Origin: Pecten maximus
Taxonomy: Eukaryota
Direction of reading: 5' to 3'
Length of the DNA: 64,000 nt
Assembly: GCF_902652985.1 (NCBI RefSeq)
Contig: NC_047030.1
Span: forward strand, 18,104,001 to 18,168,000
In this document: positions 53,401-64,000 of the stretch, in pieces
Numbering within the stretch: position 1 is the first letter of the stretch
Layout: every line of letters begins with the position of its first letter
The notes under the pieces: generated by a model
Database searches by the model: none
What the model saw: the letters and a program-made list of their open reading frames with translations, nothing else
Told to the model about the DNA's origin: nothing
Position numbers and translations under genes: made by a program

Positions 53401-56400
53401 TATAGGTACGATTGTTTGCCTAGCATTCCTCTTGGGTACCTTCATAGCGACAGGTGTTATATCTACAAAGTATGACCTCCCCCCGACTAGTTTTATACCA
53501 AGGTAAGTTTATATATAGATACGTTATTTTGAGGGGTACATTAATACTTACTAAAGCGGCACTACACTGACCTTAACGCCGGTGGTCAGATAGATTTCAC
53601 ATATAGAAATAATTTGGTTTGAGTTAAACTTGCATTTATTTATGAAGTGATATCGATTTCGGATTAGAATTACGGTTCCGTTTGTATGTCTATATTCTCA
53701 AATGTTTCTGTTTTAACGATAGAGTATTACACGTGTCGGACTTTACTATACGCCATAAGTACGTAAAGTATTACACGCGTCGGACTTTACTATAAACGAT
53801 AAGTACGTAGAGAATTACACGTGTCGGACTTTACTATAAGCGATAAGTACGTAAAGTATTACACGCGTCGGACTTTACTATAAGCGATAAGTACGTAAAG
53901 TATTACACGTGTCGGACTTTACTATAAACGATAAGTACGTAAAGTATTACACGTGTCGGACTTTACTATAAGCGATTAGTAGGTAAAGTATTACACGTGT
54001 TGGACTTTACTATAAGCGATAAGTACGTAAAGTATTACACGTGTTGGACTTTACTATAAGCGATAAGTACGTAAAGTATTACACGTGTCGGACTTTACTA
54101 TAAGCCATAAGTACGTAAAGTATTACACGTGTCGGACTTTACTATAAACGATTAGTACGTAGAGTATTACACGTGTCGGACTTTACTATACGCCATAAGT
54201 ACGTAAAGTATTACACGTGTCAGACTTTACTATAAGCGATAAGTACGTAGAATATTACACGTGTCGGACTTTACTATACGCCATAAGTAGGTAAAGTATT
54301 ACACGCGTCGGACTTTACTATTAACGATTAGTAGGTAAAGTATTACACGTGTCGGACTTTCCTATAAGCGATAAGTACGTAAAGTATTACACGTGTCGGA
54401 CTTCACTATACGCCATAAGTAGGTAAAGTATTACACGCGTCGGACTTTACTATAAACGATTAGTAGGTAAAGTATTACACGTGGCGGACTTTACTATACG
54501 CCATAAGTACGTAAAGTATTACACGTGTCGGACTTTACTATACGCCATAAGTACGTAAAGTATTACACGTGTCGGACTTTACTATAAGCGATTAGTACGT
54601 AGAGAATTACACGTGTCGGACTTAACTATAAACGATTAGTACGTAGAGTATTACACGTGTCGGACTTTACTATACGCCATAAGTACGTAAAGTATTACAC
54701 GTGTCAGACTTTACTATAAGCGATAAGTACGTAGAGTATTACACGTGTCGGACTTTACTATACGCCATAAGTAGGTAAAGTATTACACGCGTCGGACTTT
54801 ACTATAAACGATTAGTAGGTAAAGTATTACACGTGTCCGACTTTCCTATAAGCGATAAGTACGTAAAGTATTACACGTGTCGGACTTTACTATACGCCAT
54901 AAGTAGGTAAAGTATTACACGCGTCGGACTTTACTATAAACGATTAGTAGGTAAAGTATTACACGTGTCGGACTTTACTATACGCCATAAGTACGTAAAG
55001 TATTACACGTGTCGGACTTTACTATACGCCATAAGTACGTAAAGTATTACACGTGTCGGACTTTACTATAAGCGATTAGTACGTAGAGAATTACACGTGT
55101 CGGACTTTGCTATAAACGATTAGTACGTAGAGTATTACACGTGTCGGACTTTACTATACGCCATAAGTACGTAAAGTATTACACGTGTCAGACTTTACTA
55201 TAAGCGATAAGTACGTAGAGTATTACACGTGTCGGACTTTACTATACGCCATAAGTAGGTAAAGTATTACACGCGTCGGACTTTACTATAAACGATTAGT
55301 AGGTAAAGTATTACACGTGGCGGACTTTACTATACGCCATAAGTACGTAAAGTATTACACGTGGCGGACTTTACTATACGCCATAAGTACGTAAAGTATT
55401 ACACGTGTCGGACTTTACTATAAGCGATTAGTACGTAGAGAATTACACGTGTCGGACTTTACTATAAACGATTAGTACGTAGAGTATTACACGTGTCGGA
55501 CTTTACTATACGCCATAAGTACGTAAAGTATTACACGTGTCAGACTTTACTATAAGCGATAAGTACGTAGAGTATTACACGTGTCGGACTTTACTATACG
55601 CCATAAGTAGGTAAAGTATTACACGCGTCGGACTTTACTATAAACGATTAGTAGGTAAAGTATTACACGTGTCCGACTTTCCTATAAGCGATAAGTACGT
55701 AAAGTATTACACGTGTCGGACTTTACTATACGCCATAAGTAGGTAAAGTATTACACGCGTCGGACTTTACTATAAACGATTAGTAGGTAAAGTATTACAC
55801 GTGTCGGACTTTACTATACGCCATAAGTACGTAAAGTATTACACGTGTCGGACTTTACTATACGCCATAAGTACGTAAAGTATTACACGTGTCGGACTTT
55901 ACTATAAGCGATTAGTACGTAGAGAATTACACGTGTCGGACTTTACTATAAACGATTAGTACGTAGAGTATTACACGTGTCGGACTTTACTATACGCCAT
56001 AAGTACGTAAAGTATTACACGTGTCAGACTTTACTATAAGCGATAAGTACGTAGAGTATTACACGTGTCGGACTTTACTATACGCCATAAGTAGGTAAAG
56101 TATTACACGCGTCGGACTTTACTATAAACGATTAGTAGGTAAAGTATTACACGTGTCGGACTTTACTATAAGCGATAAGTACGTAAAGTATTACACGTGT
56201 CGGACTTTACTATACGCCATAAGTACGTAAAGTATTACAAGCGTCGGACTTTACTATAAACGATTAGTAGGTAAAGTATTACACGTGTCGGACTTTACTA
56301 TACGCCATAAGTACGTAAAGTATTACACGTGTCGGACTTTACTATACGCCATAAGTACGTAAAGTATTACACGTGTTGGACTTTACTATAAACGATTAGT

Positions 56401-59400
56401 ACGTAGAGAATTACACGTGTCGGACTTTACTATACGCCATAAGTACGTAAAGTATTACACGTGTCGGACTTTACTATAAGCGATTAGTACGTAGAGAATT
56501 ACACGTGTCAGACTTTACTATAAGCGATAAGTACGTAAAGTATTACACGTGTCGGACTTTACTATAAGCGATAAGTAAGTAAAGTATTACACGTGTCAGA
56601 CTTTACTATAAGCGATAAGTACGTAAAGTATTACACGTGTCGGACTTTACTATAAGCGATAAGTACGTAAAGTATTACACGTGTCGGACTTTACTATAAG
56701 CGGTAAGTACGTAAAGTATTACACGTGTCGGACTTTTTCTATAAGAGAAGTTTCTTTTTCTGTTTTAGCGAAAAATACTTTGAGTATTACTACATAAAAC
56801 CCTGGACACGTATGGGACCATACATCATAGGTATAATGGCCGGCTATCTGCTGTACCGATCGAAACTCAAGTACAACATGAATAAGGTGAGGATGTTGTA
56901 GTCTTTCTTGAACGACAAATTAGTATTATTCTAAATTCATATTCGGTTTTGACATTAACTTCTGTTGAATACTGGCAATGGTTCAGAATATATAGACGTA
57001 TTTCACATATAAGATTATTCAATATCCGACAAATCTCTCGTATATTGTTTACATTTTGATTTTTTCCTGACTTCCTTTCTTGGTTCCATACGTTTCATTT
57101 TGTTCCGGTCTATTTTGTGTTTACTCACTTCCATACGTTTACATTTTGTTCCGGCCTTTTTGGTTTTTTTCCTGACTTCCCTACTGGGTTTCCAAACCTT
57201 TACATTTTGTTCCGGTCTATTTTAATGTCCCTGACTTACCTTCTGGGGGGTTCATACGTTTACATTTTGTTCCGGTCCATTTTGTATTTCCTGACTTCCA
57301 TACGTTTACATTTTGTTTCGTCAATTTTATGTTTCATGAGTTCCTTTCTGGGTTTCCATACGTTTACATTTTGTTCCGGTCCATTTTGTATTTCCTGACT
57401 TCCATACGTTTACATTTTGTTTCGTCAATTTTATGTTTCATGAGTTCTTTTCTGGGTTTCCATACGTTTACATTTTGTTCCGGTCCATTTTGTATTTCCT
57501 GACCTCCATACGTTTACATTTTGTTCCGATCTATTTTAATTTCCTTGGTTATTTTAATTTCCCTGGCTTACCTTCTTGGTACGTTAGACCCCTTCCACCA
57601 TTAACAAGTCCTCGAAGGACGTAAAGTTTTATTTTCATTTTTCGTATAACTACTTCAAATGGCGTTTTAAAATACATATATAATTAATTTTCTTTGTTTT
57701 CATGTGATTGGTCGAAAAATTCTTTTCATTCTTCTATGAAAGGAATTCCGAGAATTGCCCGAAAAATTGTGACGTCACAATACGACAATTGACGTTGCGT
57801 ATTGATTTGAGAAAAAGAATCCCATTTAAAACCAGTAAAATTGTACATAAAACATGTTTTAAATTAGAAAATCATTTTCAAAAATTAATTATAAGCGTTG
57901 ATGTCAATTTTTTTTAGTTTTATCGGGGTATGAAACAAATTTTGTTTGCAAACTTCTGTAAGTACGCGGATTCATACAGTTTGCAAACAAAATTTGTTTC
58001 ATACCCCGATGAAACTAAAAAAATGACATCAATGCTTAAATATGTTTCAATATGTTTCAATTATATAGATATATTAATATAATTCCCATGTTTTAGTATT
58101 GCTCTCTATTGTATTGGACATCGTTAGGGATGATGTGATGTTAGGAATATCTTTTACCCATACATCAATTATGGTAATATATATATAGTTTTTCAAATGT
58201 AATATTATTTTCAGATTCTCAATCTGGTTGGCTGGGCAGTAGCCACTACTCTGGCCTGTGTCGTTCTGTACGGTCTGTACGAGCCAATAAGGGGAAATGA
58301 AACACTGAGCACAGAGGTGTCAGCACTGTACAACACTGTCCACAGGAGTATCTGGGGCGCATGCGTCTGCTGGGTGATATTTTCCTGCGCAAATGGAAGT
58401 GGGGGTATGGACAGTACTATTGTTATCATAAAAAAAATCCCTAAAATAATGAAATGGAATGGAGGAAAAAATGTCTAATGCACAAAGAAAGAAAAGTCAA
58501 CGTCTTAATGTTTGGTGGATTAATTATATTGTCCTCCTCCTCATTTCCATTCTAACTTCCCCCAACACTGCTCGTCATTGTTATCCTCATCTTTCCTCCT
58601 CATTGTCACTCTGGCGTCGTCGTCACTGATTATCATTTTTAATCATCATCTACCACCCCCACCCAACCCTCCCCTCAGTTTCACTCCGGCTTCCTCGTCA
58701 CAGATTATCATTGTTATCCTTATCTTTCCTCCTTATTGTCATTCTAACTTCCTCAACACTGTTCGTCATCGTTATCCTCATCTTTCCTCCTCAGTTGCAC
58801 TCCGGCTTCCTCGTCACATATTATCATTGTTATCCTCATCTTTCCTCCTTATTGTCATTCTAACTTCCTCGTCACTGCCCATCACGGTCCATTATATACG
58901 TTCTTACAAAACTCCAATGAAATAACTGTGTCTTTTGTTGGTAGGTTTTGTGAACACCCTACTGTCTTGGGAAGGATTCGTGCCTCTAAGTCGCCTGACC
59001 TACTGTGCCTACCTCGTACATCCTATTCTACAATCGGTCGTGTATGGAAGTCTACGGGAACAGTACAGGATGAGAGATGTTACGATGGTAGGTTACGTTA
59101 TCATACCCCTGGGAGAGTAATGATTAAAGATGACAACGATAACCAACATTGCTGTCACAAATCCTAGGTTTTATCAAATAGTATCTATCCTATTCATAGT
59201 GATAATACTGACTATTTTAAAGATCAAACTTCAGCCAAAACTTAATCTGTTTTAAATATTCTCTATTTAGAGGATGATTTCAAATGATATTATCCGTTTA
59301 ATTATAAAGAATACCTTTGTATCCTGCTCTTTTGTTTGACCTTCTGTATGCATACTTTATTTTATCAGGATATTACGTATTCAACTGAATGTACACGTGA

Positions 59401-59832
59401 AAATTATAAAGTCTTTATAGATGTTTGAAATGGGTCGATATCCTTTCTGTGTAGTGAATAATTGCAGTACTTTGATTGCAGAGACCTTGTGAAATAACCG
59501 TCATTTATTATATTGTATACTAGGTGGTGACTCGCACAAAATATTGACAACACTAAATTTGACGTCATAGAAAACGCCTTTGTTGTTTTTAAATCCAGGT
59601 GAACAGATTGACAACATGTCAATTTCGCAATTTCGCCATTTCAGAGTTAACATGGGACTAAACGCCAATCAGAAAAAGACATTATTATATTTGTGTCGTT
59701 ATATTACAGATAACATACTACCTGGCGTTCCTCATGATGTCCTATGCTGTAGCCTTTGTTGTCTCCCTTTCCTTTGAATCTCCAATGATGGGATTAGAAA
59801 AGGCGATATTCAAACGAGGAAAGAAGAAATGA
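40300..59832 (+). CDS. Nose resistant to fluoxetine protein 6-like / O-acyltransferase-like protein (NRF domain plus acyltransferase-3 domain), about 734 aa
   Basis: Exons: 40300-40645, 41610-41864, 45245-45338, 45809-46030 (+1 nt near 45951), 46620-46787, 47132-47228, 48643-48735, 51701-51866, 52734-52813, 53392-53502, 56769-56886, 58215-58404, 58945-59087, 59710-59832. It has a signal peptide and the motifs DAGGKPPSDIL.GN..WLGSYDEC, GIRFLSMTWVILGH, SVDTFFALSG, YFHRFWRLTP, WYLANDMQFF, YYIKPWTRMGPY, PLSRLTYCAYLVH and FESP. Confidence 0.92.
41374..41427. repeat. Poly(C) tract of about 54 bp
   Basis: Uninterrupted C run in NRF-6 intron 1. Confidence 0.9.
41925..44397. repeat. 23-bp minisatellite (about 2.5 kb) in NRF-6 intron 2
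   Basis: Unit TTGACGTTGGTATATTTTGTTTG with frequent slippage variants. Confidence 0.96.
44994..45205. mobile_element. Small TA-flanked MITE just upstream of NRF-6 exon 3
   Basis: TA|CAGTTGAACATCTTATCTCGAAGTC ... GACTTCGAGATACGAAGTTTTACTG|TA. Confidence 0.65.
49005..51700. repeat. 30-bp minisatellite (about 90 copies) ending at the exon-8 acceptor
   Basis: Unit TTTTGTCTCTATCTACCATGTTTCCCCTAG. The final copy ends TTTCTCGTAG|exon. Confidence 0.97.
53721..56742. repeat. 44-bp satellite (about 68 copies) with higher-order structure in NRF-6 intron 10
   Basis: Unit GTATTACACGTGTCGGACTTTACTATAAGCGATAAGTACGTAAA. Confidence 0.97.
57040..57560. repeat. Degenerate intronic tandem repeat
   Basis: Recurrent CCATACGTTTACATTTTGTTCCGGTC core. 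Confidence 0.8.
57660..58040. mobile_element. Interspersed repeat with a terminal hairpin (stem about 60 bp)
   Basis: 57892-57954 (TAAGCGTTGATGTCA...TTTGCAAACT) is inverted against 57978-58038. Confidence 0.55.
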
Positions 59833-62637
59833 AATTGCCATGTTTCATCATACATTTCATAATTGTACGATCTAGTTTAATTGAGTTAATTGTGTTTTTA
59901 ATTAACATTCTTTAGACAATATATACATAGATGTTTTTGAGTAATCATGGTATAACATCTATACCTCAATATCTTGTCATATCGATTAATACAACATATC
60001 AAATTTGAATACAATATTAATAATTAGAACAATTACAGTAATCGACAATCATGAAAGAAATGTTATTGCAAAGACGTAAATTGATTTTGAGATTATTGAA
60101 AGAAATGTAACCATTGATTTGTCAGTGAAATAGCAGTTGGAATTCGTTAGCGAAATATGGAAATGAAACTAATGTATTTTTATCAGACTTGCTCAACTTT
60201 ATGACCCATATGTTTGTAAGCGACGTTTCGGTCCTACATCATATCAGCTTCATCATTCAAACGTTCGGTTAAGCGTACTTACACCGAGGGGTAAAAATTC
60301 ACGAGATCAAAATCAAATCAACCGGTCTTTTCGCCTACGCTATAACACTGATGACCGAAATTAAAAAAAAACTACTTTAAAATAATGTATCTATTTCATT
60401 GACGGCACCTAAATGAAGATTGGTTTTTTGTTTCATTCACACCATACTGTCTTTGGTAAATGTATACAATTGTTTATATTTCAGCAATTGCAATATAGAT
60501 CAAATTCAACGAATGTGAAAAATTGATACTTTTACCATTAATTTGATATTTTCTTTTGTTTTTCAATCGGTATATAATGGATTTGTTGTTGTGTCTCTAT
60601 CGATACTTTACATGTATTTGAGATTTTTGCAAGAGATTAAAACAATTTCACCCCAACACTTGTATTTGTGTTTGTTTAAACACGGAGAATATAAGATCAC
60701 CTTACTAGCTCCGACTAGCTGGAATACCACTTTATCCAAATGATAAGATGTTTGCCTTGTGCGCGTGAGATCGAAAGCCTGGCATGAAAGGGTATTTTTC
60801 ATTACGTTTTCCAACTAAAGTCGTGTTTAGAACAATTGTATTACCGCTATTTTTATGCATCCCTTTATAAATATAGGTATGTTTTATGTCAAGACCAGGC
60901 GGCTCGGAAGGTTAAGCTTATATTTCATCTGCGTCACTCGTAATGTAAATAATTCAGGTCTAGGTAACGACTTTTCCCTTAGAATAAGAAGTAGGGCGGT
61001 GACAATGGAAACATCGGGGACATCAATCGAACACGTTGACGTCATACCGAATAATAAAATAATCCATTTCCCACTTATATGGTGATGTTAAATACCTTTC
61101 AAAATATATCAATGTGGCATTAAACGATCATGTCCGTATCTTATTATCCTCCAGAAATTTTGGTATCAAAACAAGACCATGTATTGTTCTTATTCACTGG
61201 GATTAACGCCTTTAAGACATCCATATACATTCATCTTCACTTGAGAGGGAAATAAGTATAGGAAATATAAAATCAGGAAAAAAAGATATATTTCAAATAA
61301 AACTTTAGAAAATACACGTTTGCAGGCAAACATCAATGAATATAAATCCTGTATAAACCTGACCTATCAGAATGCGTATCACAAATGTTATATAGAAGAT
61401 CGGCATCATAACATTAATTTATTCGTACACATGGAAATGTTTGAGAGGAATTTGTAGATAAAGTAGGCTATAATTCTAAAAAAACGATATTTGCGTCTTC
61501 AGTAAAAAAAAAAAAAAAAAAAAATTAATCATCTTGCACAGTTGTGTTAGATACAAACATGTTCGCGTCGTTCCTGGAAATGCTTATCACTGAAGACGTC
61601 ATTTTATATCCCTAAATATAGAACACACCATATCTTATCAATAGAACCTTCCCCTCTTCCCTTACCTGAGTAGGATATTCTTGATAATCAATTATGAGGC
61701 TCTGCCGAGATTCGAGATTTCTCTGCCACATTCTTAAGAAATTTCTTTTACACATAGTCCAGTTGTTAATAACATAATAATCAACTTCATGACAACACCA
61801 AAAAAACATCCTATGTATTTGATTTATATCATTTATTGATCAGCATAATGTGTTCAAACAAGGGGGTTACTTATTATTTTCTCTTACCCATTTTACCCGT
61901 TTTTTGGTTTCTAACATTGATGTTGTCACGTGATTGAATTGTCAACGTGACGTCAGTTTATTGTTGTCGTCGCAATATTTCATTGTTGCCATGACGTCAT
62001 TGCAGTGGTGTTAGCACCGGTAATCTGTCGTGCCCTAAGGTCTGCCAGAGATATCACACCCTAGGGATGACAGAGAAATCTTGAACAAGTAGAATGGGAG
62101 ATAACCCTGTGAACGATGGGAGAATTACTGTTTGTCATTATCACAGTCACGCTTGACAGTTTAGTCTTTGTTCCTATTCACAATATATTATTCATCACGT
62201 ATCACTGAATGACAAAAGATAAAGGCTGTCCTTGATATCGTCACTGAGCGTGATCCGAGGTCATTGCACCTATGATGAAAGTATGATACACTGTTGACAA
62301 GCAGGTCTAACGTATATCAGGATTTTACTTCCGACCTACGCGGTTGCATGCAATGGTAATCGGGAACATTCGGCAGTTTCCGTAAACGAGATATCAAGTT
62401 GTCCCATATATCAATATAATACTATATGTGGAATATATACCCGGTGACCCGTACATGTGAAGATCATTATTATATCTCAACGTCCCAGATACTGACAAGT
62501 ATTTAAGGGTAACAAGGATTGTCCAATAGGTTATACACAGGGTGAGTGACTCGTGACACTAACGGCCTGTATAGTTGATACCACCACACTTCAGTATAGA
62601 TCTCGTCATGAACACTATCAATGTACGTAAGGGGAAT

Positions 62638-63556
62638 ATGTCTTACTTATTATTTTTCGGGATTTTGATACTGTCGTCCTGCGTCAATGCGGGTGGAACG
62701 CCAGACTATGGTAAAGCTATGGAGATGTTGAGAAATATGGCAAACAGCGACCACGCCAGAATGACAAGAACTACGTTAATCACTGAGCTGTTTGAGGGTC
62801 TTCTTGGATCGTCACAAACGTACATCAATAGACTCAAGGATGCTTTGTCAGTGGATATGACTGAAGTGTCGGGAGAAAACTTTAATATTTCCGAAGATTG
62901 TTTGAATGATGCAAAGCAAGTTATTATTGGTTTAGAAAGGAAGGAGCAATGGGCCATACAAAGTAAGTACACTAACGATTATTGGCTCAGATAGGATGTA
63001 GCATTGAGCCATATAATGTAAGTACACTATGGATCAAAGGAGGTCGAAAAGGCATTCAACGTCCATACTCTTAGACAGTTTCAACTTTTGAAAGAAGCGT
63101 TTCTATTGGCTCCAATGGTTATCCTATTAACCTATAACATAAAAAATGTGTTTGTTTATGGTTGCCAAACAAGTTCCCGGAGAAAATAATCTATTGGAGG
63201 AAGTCAAACATCTGGTGTTTACGCTAGACTAAGTATTTACTTGAACCATTTTTACAATATCGTGATATAACTCAGTAAGAGGAACGTACTCTCACTGGAA
63301 ATGTAATTCTCGTTGGTTAACATAATTGGTGCATTTTTCAAATTCGTGTTAATAATATGCTAATGTTTTAACTTCCAAACAAGTGCTCGACGCCATGGCC
63401 AAGCCTCCCAGTGACATTCTGAGCGGTAACCTGTATTGGACAGGAGGTTATGAGGAGTGTCTGGCCGTGGAAGGTACGGCGTTTGTTAATATGACCAGTA
63501 ATACCGGGCCACAGTACCAGATAAACGCCAGACAGTGTCTCGGGGTCCTACAACTG
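62638..63556 (+). CDS. Second NRF-6-like paralogue, first two exons (continues past the window end)
   Basis: Exon 1 is 62638-62962 (MSYLLFFGILILSSCVNAG ... NISEDCLND ... QWAIQ; an alternative ATG is at 62608). Exon 2 is 63384-63556 (LDAMAKPPSDILSGNLYWTGGYEECL). The intron-1 position and phase match the upstream gene. Confidence 0.85.
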
Positions 63557-64000
63557 GTAAGTCGAACACATCTACAGGATACAACCATTCTTATGCTTTA
63601 CGTATTAATGTGTTATATTTTAGTTTTATATCATATTTACCTTTCGAATTTTATATCAATTAATGAACATGATTTGATTCTCTTAATTGTTATGATATTT
63701 AAAGGCAATCGGGAAACTGGTTGATATAAAAATTGATGAATTAAAGTTTAAATAGAAAAACCGAGAATACTAATAATGAAACAAAACCGTTATTCTTATT
63801 CAAAAAGATATACGAAAGAAAGAAAAATAATTTTGCATGGAGACATATGAACATTTAAAACAAAATGTACAACTTTTAAACCTCTTTTCCTTTATGAGAT
63901 AAAATTGGATGAATTAGGAAAACGAAGTGATCAAAAACAAAAATCCTTATTTCATATATTTTAAACACCACACTTTAGAATAAATGAAATAGCAAAAAAC

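Noticed and set aside
58530-58925. Ser/Pro/Leu-rich 115-aa ORF
   Set aside because: It is a degenerate pyrimidine-rich intronic repeat between NRF-6 exons 12 and 13.

Overview
AT-rich, intron-rich animal genomic DNA, most likely a bivalve mollusc (inferred from the repeat families; not verified). It is not prokaryotic, and most ORF-track entries are spurious or partial exons. Five genes were reconstructed by hand from splice signals and reading frames. (1) TMEM107, a ciliary transition-zone gene (minus strand, 5720->2754/2359). (2) COPB2, coatomer beta' (plus strand, 6121-28435, 21-22 coding exons), head-to-head with TMEM107 across about 400 bp. (3) An orphan two-exon gene for a probable secreted or GPI-anchored 151-aa protein (minus strand, 33903->31022). 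(4) A complete NRF-6/acyltransferase-3 family gene (40300-59832). (5) The first two exons of a tandem NRF-6 paralogue (62638 onward). Introns and spacers hold many MITEs, SINE and LINE remnants and kilobase-scale minisatellites. Most notable: the TMEM107 third intron is a minor-spliceosome (U12-type) intron with one GTATCCTTT donor and two downstream U12 acceptors. Each acceptor has its own TCCTTGAC branch site and leads into a diverged duplicate of the C-terminal coding segment, which suggests minor-spliceosome-based isoform switching. Five apparent +1 insertions in coding exons probably reflect assembly error. No database searches were run; family names come from recognised motifs.
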